Of a DNA stretch of 64,000 nt, positions 27,566-40,870 are shown one piece after another (within the stretch, counting starts at the first letter, position 1; every line of letters starts with the position of its first letter). The stretch covers positions 104,904,001 to 104,968,000 of the forward strand of contig OX597820.1 of the NCBI GenBank assembly GCA_951406725.2, written 5' to 3'. The stretch comes from Octopus vulgaris. Its lineage: Eukaryota. The notes beneath the pieces were generated by a model. It was given only the letters and a program-made list of their open reading frames with translations, was not told the DNA's origin and did not search any database. A program made the position numbers and the translations under genes.

Positions 27566-28035
27566 TACAGAAATGTTTTCAATTTTTTGTCCGAATCATA
27601 ATGTCCGTATTTTTCCGCATATTTAGAAAAAAAATTCTTAAACAAAAATTTTACGAAAATTTTTGGAAATTTTTTTTCAGAATCATAATCTTTGTATTTT
27701 CTTGCATATTTTGAAACAAAGAAAAAGAAAAAAATTCTGAAAAAAGTGAAAAATGAAGGAAATGTGAAACCACTTATTCAAGTCATTGATGCAATTTTAT
27801 ACCAATTGCTATTTTTACTTTTGTTATGTTACGATTATATTATACTTTAGTTTGATTTTAATTATTACTTACTACATATAATTCAATTGTTATTATTATC
27901 TCTAATTTTTATTGTTAAAGTGTCAACATAAACTCACCATGCAATTAAAAAATTTTGCCAATTTTATTTTATTTTGCAGATTCGTATACCCCGTATTAAA
28001 TGAGACATGCAAACATACAACTTTCGGCTATTTCG

Positions 28036-28199
<164 letters not shown>

Positions 28200-29895
28200 A
28201 TACACTAGCATTATGACCCGTCGTTGCCGGGTCATAGCGCTAGTGCATGTATATATGTGTACATATTACATGTACATCTATATATATACATCTACACATA
28301 AAATACAAAATACAAATTTATATCTTGATATCGCTTATGATAACAATACTCAAAACATATAACAGACTGGAATTGTAGGCCCATCTCATGCAATTTCGAT
28401 CAATTGCATCTTGTCCTCCCTCTTGTATAGAAGTGTGGCTACAATCCAGCCTACCTCTACTTCTGGGATGACATTTTTAATTTTTATCCGGGACGTCCTA
28501 CGTCCCAGATATAAAGGGAAAAATAAAATATTTCCACTTTGTAAGGTTCAAGTCGAGTACTCCCTTGCACGGCTCCGTTGACTCGAACCTTGCTTCTATT
28601 GTGGCGAATTTACCGCCTCTGGTTAGATATCTTTCATAGTCGCATCAAGACACTTTTCGATGGTGCTTTCCTCCAGGTGTTCAAATCTTTTTTCTCTACA
28701 TTGTATACTTTATAGACAATAATCTTTTCTTTAATTTAATTTTTCATTTCGTTTGGTGGTGTTATCCTAGATTCACCGTCTTTATCGGTGATCAATCCGA
28801 AATAGGCTTATATTTCTTCCATTTTAATTTTAATGAGTTCACGCCCGCCGACGGCTTCAGCGAAATTCATTTTTGGAAGGCATTTTAACGATAATGCTTT
28901 CGGTATAAACAGTGAAAATATTGTCAGTTTCCCCAAACAGGGACACAATTCAATTTTTAAACAATAACCAAAGCTCCTTCTCCCAAAGGGGGAGGGTTAC
29001 GGTTTACAATTATTTAACAAATGCAAAACAACAACGTTTCCCTTACGATGAACCAACAACCGTGATAACAATAGTTAAACAGTAATAATAATAACAACAA
29101 ACCTTACGGTTAATCAAAAAGCAGTACGCAGCTGAAGCTATAGTCCTTTATGTATAAGAAATAAACCAACAGCAGTACTCAGTAGAAGCGGCTGTTCGAG
29201 AAAACAGACATTATATACAGCCAAACTTCATATAGATACTTAATGCTAGCTAATTAGCAGATAATCTAATGTAAAAGCCGTGTAAAGGGTATGTGCACAG
29301 CTCCATCTGGACTATTCCATTTCTGCACACTAATTTTATTTTTAATTCATTCCGTTCGAGAAAACAGACATTATATACAGCCAAACTTCATATAGATACT
29401 TAATGCTAGCTAATTAGCAGATAATCTAATGTAAAAGCCGTGGTAAAGGGTATCATCCATCTGGACTATTCCATTTCTGCACACCATTCCCATTCATGTG
29501 AAACCACTTATTCAAGTCATTGATGCAATTTTATACCAATTGCTATTTTTACTTTTGTTATGTTACGATTATATTATACTTTAGTTTGATTTTAATTATT
29601 ACTTACTACATATAATTCAATTGTTATTATTATCTCTAATTTTTATTGTTAAAGTGAAAGTATCTGTCATAAAATAGAGAAATGTTTTTGTTTCACTTTT
29701 AACACGTAATACTGAAATAGTGGAGAAGATATGATATTGCTGTGGACTCGCCCTAGGCAAAAAGTTTTTAAAAATCTTTGCCGATGACACTCCCCGGACC
29801 CTAAGTAAGGCATGTGTAAAATTTGAATGAAATTGGTTGTGTAGTTCTCAAGTTTTAGGGAAACACACAGACAGACAGACAGACACACATTCTCA

Positions 29896-30068
<173 letters not shown>

Positions 30069-30101
30069 GTATATGTATATATATATATATATGTATATGT
30101 A

Positions 30102-30176
<75 letters not shown>

Positions 30177-30180
<4 letters not shown>

Positions 30181-31002
30181 TTAATTTATAAAAATATGGT
30201 AAAGTAAAAAAATTCACTTTACCACACGCCGAACTTTTCAGAAATAACAGCCAAAAATTTGGCTATTTCTTCAACTGCAAATAAAAGTCTCCAGACAATG
30301 CATACTCAGAAAATAACTCACATAGGTATAAGGGAAAAACAATGAAAGATCACATCCATATACGATACCCGAGGACAGTCTGTTTCTGGATTTGTGGGTA
30401 AAACGCCACTTTTCCTTCATCAGCTCAGAGATTTCTTCTGATTTAGATTTGAAAATACTAAGAATCAAACATACCCGTCCGATATCTGTAACATCGGACA
30501 AACCATGCCAGACACCCAGTACTAGCGAATCCAAAAATACGAATGAGATCAATTATTCTCCCTGTCCACCCACGTGAGTCATAGAGCATTACATTTCTAC
30601 AGAGGTAAAAACTGCAGTTCAAACATACTCTCATTCGTATTTTTGGATTCGCTAGTACTGGGTGTCTGGCATGGTTTGTCCGATGTTACAGATATCGGAC
30701 GAGGTATGTTTGATTCTTAGTATTTTCAAATCTAAATCAGAAGAAATCTCTGAGCTGATGAAGGAAAAGTGGCGTTTTACCCACAAATCCAGAAACAGAC
30801 TGTCCTCGGGTATCGTATATGGATGTGATCTTTCATTGTTTTTCCCTTATACCTATGTGAGTTATTTTCTGAGTATGCATTGTCTGGAGACTTTTATTTG
30901 CAGTTGAAGAAATAGCCAAATTTTTGGCTGCTATTTCTGAAAAGTTCGGTGTGTGGTAAAGTGAATTTTTTTTACTTTACCATATTTTTATAAATTAATA
31001 CT
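30177..31002. repeat. Foldback element: ~372-bp inverted arms with 80-bp spacer
   Basis: 30177-30548 is the reverse complement of 30629-31002 with only about four differences; mirrored ORFs in the track confirm it. Confidence 0.97.
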
Positions 31003-31088
31003 TCAAATATACCGTAAATGGTCTTTACATACCGAATACTGCTTGGTCGAATTTATTAACAATTAATTAATTCTACCCCTTTTTTGAT

Positions 31089-31124
<36 letters not shown>

Positions 31125-31390
31125 ATAAATATAAGAGAGTGGTCACTATATTGCTCACTCTAGCACCAGTTAATCCAAAAGGTTTCAACCACGAAAATAC
31201 ATGTTTCCCATGAAAGTCAGTACGATGTTAGCTCACACGGACAGGGCAAATAAAAATAACAAAAATACAGATTATTTTGGGACAATTGTTTCGCTATTAA
31301 TGAATTATATCGGATGAAATCCACTAATCACACGCCAGATTTTACCAATAAATATACTATTAAATTAGTATCTAATTCTCTCACCCTTTT

Positions 31391-31449
<59 letters not shown>

Positions 31450-31695
31450 ATATGTAGATGAGAAAGTTGGTGTGTGAAAGCACGTGGTTGGATATATAGA
31501 AAATAGAAACGAGTGAAAAAACTACCGAAGGCTTGTTTTATAAGGTTAAAGAATATATTTAAGTCGTTATGTTAGAAAAATGTTAGAAAATTTTGCATAT
31601 AGTAACATAGTTTTTGGAGAAATAACCGGTTTCGTGTTAACTTTTCAAATTTCTCAAATGTCTTTATCTACATCGTGTCATGTCTTCGTTATGCA

Positions 31696-31750
<55 letters not shown>

Positions 31751-32086
31751 AAAGTAAGATAGGGTTATGAAGGTAACCCACTATGGGATATCAGTTATCC
31801 AATATACTGCTGGTGAAGCACCCAAATGCCAAATACATAAATGCTTATAATTGCAATGCAATTAATTTATTTATTGTATCGGACGGGCGAAAGTAAAATA
31901 TTTTACCGTAAATTCAAAATACAAATAAGAAAATGGAAGAACAAATTCATTTCAATCATCAACTTACAGATATTACCATTTCATATTATTTATTAATTAT
32001 ATAAATAGGAACATCAAAATCGAATAAAACAATATACATCAATATGCAAATTAATAATACCATAAGAATAATACAAATAAAATGGT

Positions 32087-32216
32087 TCTTACAGCTGTTT
32101 CAGCCCACAGATAAAAGTATCTCATTCTGCCTATATTAGTCAAATGTATTGAGGTAATATGCAGTTGAAAAGGAGGTACTTATATATATATATATATCTC
32201 AAGGCCTCGTCAGAGA
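32087..32216 (-). ncRNA. Candidate type I hammerhead ribozyme (Penelope/retrozyme-like)
   Basis: UCU-CUGACGA-GGCCU...(~95 nt)...GGGCU-GAAA-CAGCUG-UA-AGA: intact core, palindromic stem III ACAGCUGU, 3-bp stem I UCU/AGA, GUA cleavage triplet. Confidence 0.6.
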
Positions 32217-32266
32217 TTATAAAATACAATCATAAAAATATAAATATAAATATGAAACAAAATACG

Positions 32267-32322
<56 letters not shown>

Positions 32323-32329
<7 letters not shown>

Positions 32330-32608
32330 ATCACGTGACCGACCAGACCATCAGATGTTGTTACACATCGCTGGTCACAATGCGTTCGCATTGTTTTAGC
32401 CTTCGAATGACGCCACCCCGCTGGGAAGGTTTACGAAAATAAACAAAAGACAAAGGCAGGTGGAGTACAAACAAACAAATGTATTAGTATAGCGCTCAGG
32501 AATAGAAATAGAAAAAGTCTTTTACGTTTCGAGCCTACGCTCTTCGACAGAAAGATACTCAGAAAAAAACAAGGAGAGAAAAAGTGCGTGTAGGAGCTAA
32601 CGATCTAA
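32323..32608 (-). mobile_element. Penelope 3'/pseudo-LTR fragment, inverted relative to the copy at 37503-37608
   Basis: 32502-32608 is the reverse complement of 37503-37608 and includes the hammerhead-like ctgtcgaagagcgtaggctcgaaacgta. Confidence 0.75.
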
Positions 32609-34592
32609 CAATCGAGTGGCAAAAAAGGGGCCTTCCACATGCTCATATCCTGCTTTGGCTCTCAGCGAAGATCAATTCCAATGACATCGACAACATAATC
32701 TCTGCAGAGCTTCCTGATCCAGCTTTAGACAAAGAACTATACGAAATAGTTAAAGCAAACATGGTACATAGTCCATGTGGGCGTGGATTCAACATAAACT
32801 CACCATGCTTGAAGGACAGCATATGTTCAAAAAGATTTCCAAGGAGGTTCCTACAAGAAACTCAGACAGGTGCTGATGGGTATCCATCATACAGACGCAG
32901 AAAACCAGAAGACGGAGGCTTCACAGCAACTATCGGACAGCACAATATTGATAATAGATGTTCCATACTGCCCACTCCTGTCAAAGACTTTCAATGCCCA
33001 CATTAACGTTGAGTTTTGCAACTCCGTTAAATCCATCAAGTACGTTTACAAATATGTAAACAAGGGTTCTGACGCTGCAATGTTTGGACTTCAACAAGAA
33101 TACTGCCAGGATGAGATGACGCATTATCAGGTGGGACGGTACATATGTAGCAACGAGGCTTTCTTGTGCATCTTTGGCTTTCCAATTCACCAACGACACC
33201 CCGCCATTCAACAGCTTGCAGTGCACCTGGAAAATGGTCAAAGAGTGTATTTCACTGATGCTAATGCTTCTCTGTTGGCAGAGGGAACCAAGGGATATCA
33301 TACTCACTGCATTCTTCAAGCTTTGTCAAGTGGATCCATTCGCTCAAACCTTGCTGTATCCACAGATTCCACCGTACTACACTTGGAATGGGAAAAAATG
33401 GGCCCCACGGAAAGCAGGTCAAAATGTTCATGGATACCTTGGCATTAAGTTTTACACTTGCCTTGGGCGAGTATACACAGTGCATCCCACTCAACAAGAG
33501 TGCTTCTACCTTCGTCTACTACTGCATGAGATCAGAGAGCCAACGTGTTTCCAGGTCCTAAAAACCGTTCGTGGAGAGAAGACTGCTATCGACAAGGTCT
33601 GTTAGAAGATGGTGTACAATGGGATGCAACTTTAGGAGAGGCTGCTTTATCACAATCACCAAAAAGTCTCAGGGCACTATTTGCAGTATTACTACAGGCA
33701 TGCGAACTGTGTGATCCGGCCAAATATAGAGACAACCTGGCTGAAGACTTTCAGCGCCAAGCTTAACTGCTCTATCCTGACATGGAGGGTATCAGCAATG
33801 AAATCTATAACAAAACACTCATTGACATTGAAGACAGGATTGCTAAACTGGGTGGAAATGAATTGTCGACGTATGGCCTGCCACAAGCATTCAGGTCAGG
33901 GTCAAATAACCTTCCCACTTCTGTCATTCGTGAAACAACCTACGACACTCAAGCGCTTTCAAAGTACATTGTTGAAAATAAGCCTAAGTTACTTCAAGTC
34001 TGTCGATACAATTCCAGATATAAATGAAGTTGTGAACTATCCTCCTGAATTTCTCAACTCACTGGAGCCTCCTGGACTACCTCCACACATATTAGCACTT
34101 AAAGTTGGAACTCCTGTAATGCTACTCCGCAAGACTTTGCAATGGAACACGACTGGTGATAAAGAAAATGATGTCACACGTTATCGAGGCGATCATTCTT
34201 TCTGGATGTGGAAAAGGTGATGACGTCTTTATCCCAAGAATTCCTCTTACTCCATCAGGAGCAGAAATTCCATTTACATTCAGAAGACTGCGATTCCCCC
34301 TTCGTGTCAGCTTTGCCATGTCCATTAACAAATCTTAGGGTCAAACCCACTCTGTAGCTGGTCTTCTCTTGGAAGAGCCCTGCTTCTCGCATGGGCAACT
34401 TTATGTTGGCTGCTCAAGAGTAGGAACCTTTTTGTATATGCTCCACAATGAAAAACAAAGGAACATTATTTACAACGAGGTGTTATAATCTCAACAGCCA
34501 GGAGGTATATACATGATCCCCTTTTTTTTAACAAACTTCATTTACTTTCATGTATTTATATTAATATACATATATATATATGTGTGTGTGTG

Positions 34593-34631
<39 letters not shown>

Positions 34632-34702
34632 CCATATATATATAACAGAAAAGTCTAATTCTTCAATTGAATGTAACCGGGCAACGCCGGGTATCTCTGC
34701 CA

Positions 34703-34704
<2 letters not shown>
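32609..34704 (+). mobile_element. Helitron RepHel pseudogene with 3' end
   Basis: HUH Rep motifs IEWQKRGLPHAHILLW, MVHSPCG, YPSYRRR, HINVEFC..SIKYVYKYVNKG. PIF1 C-terminal motifs [31 protein letters not shown]. Helicase N-terminal half deleted near 33990. 3' hairpin ccgggcaacgccggg followed by ccagt. Confidence 0.93.
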
Positions 34705-34736
<32 letters not shown>

Positions 34737-34738
<2 letters not shown>

Positions 34739-37608
34739 CTGACCTGGGCCGCCGACCATCCCAGTGGACGCCTTCCCCCGGCCAGTTCCAAGCAGTGGAT
34801 CTTTTCGCGGGTGCCTGTCAGCGCGCGTTGGAGCGGTTCAACTTCTCCAGGCGCCACCGCCGCCTCAACATCTCCCAGGCCGAGCTCTCGGCTCTTCGTT
34901 CCCTCCGACGGCGCGCTGACATTGTCATTAAACCGGCCGACAAGGGTGGAGCTGTGGTGGTGTGGCGCGCGGACCTCTACAGGGCCGAGGCGCTCCGCCA
35001 ACTCAATGACACCTCCTTCTACTCCCCTCTGTTCTCTGACCCCACGCTTAGCTACCAACAGACGGTCTCCTCTACTGTCCACGACCTCATCTCGTCCTCC
35101 CGTCTCCCCCACACCGCATCCAACCTCATTGTCCGAACCCCACGCACCCCCACCATTTACTTCCTCCCCAAAATCCACAAACCCAACAACCCTGGCCGCC
35201 CCATCGTCTCCGCCTGTAACTGCCCCACAGAGCTCATCTCAAAATACCTCGACCGTGTCCTTGACCCCCTAGTGGCGTCTCTTCCCTCTCACATCCACGA
35301 CACCAACCATGCTCTCCACCTTTTCAATTCTTTCTCCTTTCCTCCCGGCTCCTCCAAACTCCTCTTTACAATGGACATCCAGAGCCTCTATACCCTCATC
35401 CCTCACCACGAAGGACTGCGTGCACTTCAACACTTTCTCGACCTCTGCCCCAACCCCGAACCCGACACCTCCACACTCATTCGTCTGGCCGAACTTGTCC
35501 TTTCTCTTAACTGCTTCTCGTTCGCGGGTGAGTTCTACTAATAGGTCTCGGGAGTGGCCAGGGGAACGCGAATGGGCCCCAACTATGCGAACCTGTTCGT
35601 TGGCTATGTTGAGGCCCAAATATTCTCTAGTTTCACTGGTCCCACTCCCGAACTATACGGTCGTTACATTGACGACTGTATCGGTGCCATCTCACTCTCC
35701 CGCGAACATCTAGACTCCTTCCTCTCTTTCGTTCAATCCTTCCATCCTGCCCTCCACTTCACCTGCACTATCTCCAACACCTCTGTCTCCTTCCTCGACA
35801 TTTCGGTCAGCATTCATCACTCCACTCTTACCACCTCCATTCACTACAAACACACAGACTCACACTCATACCTAAACTTCTCTTCCTCCCACCCCAAATA
35901 CACCAAGCTTTCCATCCCCTGTTCCCAATTCCCCCGTCTACGTAGGCTCTGTAGTGATGAACATGACTTTGAGACTCAGTCTCAACTTATGGCTCGCCAC
36001 TTCATCCTACGTGGATACCCCCTCACTACTATCCACACCGCCCTTGCCAGAGCATGTTCCGTAGACCGTGCATCTGGTCTCTCCCCACGAACCCGCCCTG
36101 CAGTCTCCCGCCTTCCTTTTCCCCTCACTTACCACCCCACCACCCTACCTCTCCAACGCACCATTCTTCGAGCTTTCCGGCATCTCCAGTCCGACCCGTC
36201 CACTTCACACCTCTTCCCTAACCGACCCCTCCCCTCCTTCAAACGAGTCCATAACCTACGAGACCTCTTGGTCCACAGCTTCTTCCCCGACCCTACCTCC
36301 CAACCTGGCTCTTCCCCTGCTAGTGCCCACGTTGCCGCACTTGCCCTTACCTCTCCAATACCACCCTCCTCACCGGCACCTATCATCGACTCCTTCACCT
36401 GCACCTCCAGCAATATCATCTATTGCATCTCCTGCTCCCTCTGCCATTCCCTGTACATCAGACAAACGGGACGCCGCTTGGCTGACCGGTCCGCAGAGCA
36501 CCTCCGAGACATCCACCTCGCCAATGACACTCCTGTCTCGCGCCATTTCCGCTCCACCGGTCACTCCTTGCAACACCTGTCTGTGTTCAGATTGTCCTTG
36601 CACAGAGGCCATCCAGATTCCCGCTTACGCCGTGAACAGGGATTGATCTTCTCTCTTTGCTCTTTTACGCCATTTGGGCTCAACTCTCCCCCTTTTCATC
36701 TAACCTCCTCCCCGACTCCTACTTCTCTTCAGTCCTACATCTTTTCACCCCTACTCTCTTTCCCTCTTCTTCCCTCTTCTCCCTCTTCTTCTCTCTTCTG
36801 TCCTCTTCCCCTTCTCTCCCCTCTCCCTCTCCCTCCTCCTCTCCCTACCACTCCCCTCCTCCTCCTCATCTACCCCTCCCCTCTCTTCTATCCCCCATCC
36901 CCGTCCCCTCTCTTCTCTCCTCATATACCCACCTTCCGCTCCCCCTATAAACCCACCCACCCCTACTCCACCTTCCCTATTCTTCCCACCCCTTCCCCCA
37001 CTCTACCCCACACCCTCCCCTACACACCTCACCCCTATCCCACACCGCTCCCCCACATACCTCACCTCTAACCCCATCCTCTACCTACCCACAACCCCCA
37101 CTCTACCCCAACCCCCAGCCGAACCTACACCCCCACCTGTGCTTTCCCCATTCTCGCCTCCCCCACCTCCCCACAACATCACACCGCACTACACTACACC
37201 ATACAACATTACACATCACATCTCAACACACTACCTACAGCACACCGCCCACACACCCATCCCCACATCTTTACACCTACACATACATACACATCACATC
37301 ACAACACACTACCCACACACCCATGCCCACATCTCCACACCCACACATACATACACAAGTCCAGACCACCAGCCCTCTTTCACACGCACATACATACTCT
37401 CTTATACACACACGCACCTTCGTTTTGGAAGTCACTTGACCCTGTTATCTCCCCTACTGTCCTTCTCGCGTCTGACCACTGTCCGAAGTCAGGACGCCAT
37501 GATAGATCGTTAGCTCCTACACGCATTTTTTTCTCTCCTTGTTTTTTTCTGTGTATTTTTCTATCGAAGAGCGTAGGCTCGAAACGTAAAAGACGTTTTC
37601 TATTTCTA
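34737..37608 (+). mobile_element. Penelope-like retroelement (RT + GIY-YIG), 5'-truncated and disrupted
   Basis: IKPADKGGAVV, YFLPKIHK, GRPIVS, MDIQSLY, GTRMGP, RYIDD, SSHP. GIY-YIG IIYCISC..YIRQTGR..EH..R..EQ..GLN. TAA TAG at 35539-35544. Followed by a pyrimidine-rich tail and pseudo-LTR. Confidence 0.95.
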
Positions 37609-38169
37609 TGAGTTATTTCCCATTTATTGCTTTTTCCAGGGCCATAGGAAGACTTTGACTTGATGCAATCTAACAACAATATCATTGATTATACAATGTT
37701 TATGTTGTTAGCATTTAATCTCAAAGAAGTTGAGCCAGTGAACAGACAATTTTCTTCTGACAATCTCCCAGCTATCTTTGACTCCCTCTTCCTTTTCTGC
37801 AAACATGAAGCTTGTATCCTAGAACCATGGATCTTCTAAGCTGGGTTGGTATCAAAACAGTTAAAATACTTAAAGTTGAGATATGACCTTTGTATGTATC
37901 TTCAATATTCTCTTCCATTTCTGTACACAACATAAAGAAATGTTCTGAACTTAACAATGGCGAGGTTAATCTGAAAATTTGTAATCTTGCAAACTGCATG
38001 GTAAACTCACTAGTACCAAAAAAGTAAATAAGTGGCTGTGCAGTAAGAAGCTTGCACCCAACTACATGGTTCTGGGTTCAGTACCACTGCATGACACCTT
38101 GAGCAAGTGTCTTCTACTATAACCTCAGGCCAATCAAAGCCTTGTGAGTGGATTTGGTAGAGAGAAACT

Positions 38170-38426
38170 ATGTTGAGAGAAAAGTTAGACATAAGAGGGA
38201 TTAAATGTGTTATGCAGGAGAGGAGACTGTGTTGGTTTGGACATGTGATGCATCTGTGTGAAGACAGCTGTATACAGAAGTGCTTGTTGCTGAAAGTGGA
38301 TGGTACCTGTGGAAGAGGGAGACCCAGGAAGACATGGGATGAAGTGGTAAGGATTGAACTTGGGATGTTGGGACTCATGGAGGAAATGACAGTAGGCCGA
38401 GATGTTTGGCGATATGAGGTCCTAGG
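38170..38426 (+). mobile_element. RTE-clade LINE ORF C-terminal fragment
   Basis: LREKLDIRGI..RRLCWFGHV..GRGRPRKTWDEVV..DVWR. Confidence 0.88.
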
Positions 38427-38652
38427 CGAGCTGGCAGAAACGTTAGCACACCAAGCGAAATGTGTAGCCATATTTCGTCTGCCGTTACATTCTCAGTTCA
38501 AATTCCGCCAAGGTCGACTTTGCCTTTCATCTTTCGGGGTCGATTAAATAAAGTACCAGTTGCGCACTGGGGTCGATATAATCGACTTAATCCATTTGTC
38601 TTTCCTTGTTTGTCCTCTCTGTGTTTAGCCCCTTGTGTGTAGTAAAGAAATA
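38427..38652 (+). mobile_element. Full family A SINE (long-tail variant) with 16-bp TSD
   Basis: GATATGAGGTCCTAGG duplicated at 38411-38426 and 38653-38668. The SINE interrupts the RTE fragment. Confidence 0.92.
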
Positions 38653-39889
38653 GATATGAGGTCCTAGGGAAGACCTGCCCACGAAACTGAGTACTAGAAG
38701 AGTTGTGTCCCACCCACATGTAACAACACACTTTTCACCTACTCTACCCTAAAATAATCAAACAACAACTCCTCTTCTAATTGCATTTTTCTCTTCCTCA
38801 CATTTCCTCCTCATTCATTATGATTGTTTTCTAATCCTCTTTCTTACCCTCACTTCTCTGCTCACTGTATCACTGCTCCCAACACCCCCACCCATCCAAT
38901 CCCTATTTTTCTAACCAGGTTCTATGCTCATAGTCTTGTTACTTGTGAGCACTACACCATCTCTCTTCTACTCTCTCTTACAATTTTGCTGTTTCCTATT
39001 CTCTCTCTTTCCCTTTGGTCACTTTCTCTCCTCTTCTCTTGTTTTTCCGCTGAACAGGTAACCAAGTATCACTTTTACATCAGTACACTTGTTTCTGACC
39101 TCTTTCTGTATCTCTCCCTCTCTCTAACTAGGTAACCATGTACCTCCTCTATAGCAAGACACTTATTTCTGCCTCTCTATTTCTCTGTCACACTCTAACC
39201 TTTCATCATTTGATACTGGATAGATATATATATATATAATCTACTTGCTTGTATTGAATACTTGTTTGTTCATTCAAAATATCACCATCATCATTTTACA
39301 TCAGATTTTTCAAAGCTTCTATGGATTAAATAGATTTTCTACAACAAACTAAATCATTATTCATTGTAGACCATCATCTTTTTCATAAGGTTCACCATTC
39401 TAAGAGCCTTTACCACATCTTCCAATGTCATCTTCAACATGTTTCTTTCATTTGTATGGTTCAATACTTTATCTTTTCACTCAGCTGTTATCTTTCATAT
39501 ACATATATCTAGATTAGCACAGTTTTTGCACACTAAAGCTGATTCTTCTTATACTCAATCTTTATCTCAGCTCATTTGTGTTCCAGTGTTAATATACTCT
39601 AACATTACACATCTAGTAAAGCATGCATACTTGACTTCTTTTCCCTCTACACACATTATCTGCATGCAATGTCAATATTGGTTTTAAATTCTGGTACAAG
39701 GCCAGTAAATTTGCAAAGAAGGAGTTAATCTATTACATCAACCACAGTGCTCAACTGGTATTTATTTTATCAACCCTGAAGGGACAAAAGACAAAATCAA
39801 CTTTAGCAGGATTTGAACTCAAAACGTAGAATCAGAAGAAATACCACATCTTCTGATGTGTTAATGATTCTACTAGCATGCCTCTTTAT

Positions 39890-40260
39890 TTAATGCCAAT
39901 ATTCATTACCATGTAACATCATTCTGTGTGCAAACATGACATAATCTATCCTTCACTTAGAGAGATAATCTCCTTTGTTGACCACAAAAATAATACTCCC
40001 TCAACCATTTCCACCCTATTCTTAATCTGGCTTCTGTGCATTTGGAATACCTACCTTCATTGCTGATGAGATTACCAAAGTAAAAGAAGCTGCCAATTGC
40101 TTCTAGGGGGTTTTCCGGTTACATAAAGCATTCATGTCATAAGTGGTCAAATGGCTAACTACTCCTGCACATCTGTTACATACAAGTCTTTCTTTAATTT
40201 CAACCTGTCTGTGCAATCCAGTTTAAATACAAATTTCTACAGAGGTCATTAATAAGTTTA
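39890..40260 (-). pseudogene. Highly degenerate RTE LINE fragment
   Basis: LEAIGSFFYFGNLIS..ARLRIGWK resembles the RTE LEvVdsFrYLG..aRiriaW segment. Confidence 0.5.
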
Positions 40261-40599
40261 GTATAGAATTCCTACTTACAACTCTCCTGCTTACTGAGAA
40301 TAATCATTGCCAAGATGGTAATAGAGCATTCTTTCTTGCTAAGAATTTTGGTTTCACTGGATTTACTTTTAGTCATCTTGATTCTACACTCAGCTTTGTT
40401 TGGGGCTTTTCCTCTTATTCTTCAACTGGTTTAGCTCCAAGAGTTAGATCATTGGCATACAGGTATTCATATGGACAACCAGTCCTAAAATTCTTCTATT
40501 CATGTTTTGGAGAGAGATAATTTTTTCAAGATATGTGTAGTGATTGTACCTTTGGAGTATTGAAGGAGACAAAACTAACATGACTCTATTGGAGGATGT

Positions 40600-40870
40600 T
40601 TTGGGGGTCATTGTTCATGGAATCAGTACATATTTGGTGTTAGGTGTTCAAGTTGCGTGTAGATGAAGTGTTGGTGTAGAAGTAAGGAAAGTATGAAGAG
40701 TGATATCATTTGTGTAAGAGTGAATGATTTTGGAGGTAATGACAAGTAGATTATTGATGCAGAGAGGGAAACTTGCAAGGAACAAAACTGAACCTGAGAT
40801 TATCATCATCACATACACAATGATGTGACTTGATTGATGGGAAACCATTGATCCACATGGCACCATAGGT
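40600..40870 (-). pseudogene. Degenerate LINE RT fragment (Jockey/CR1-like)
   Basis: SGSVLF..FPLCINNLL..IHSYTNDITLH resembles PQGSVL..F..yINDL..hsYADDtTl. Confidence 0.55.

Noticed and set aside
35554-37071. 505-aa ORF as an intact protein
   Set aside because: It is the disrupted second half of the Penelope ORF reading through into a C/T-rich low-complexity tail, with upstream in-frame stops at 35539-35544.
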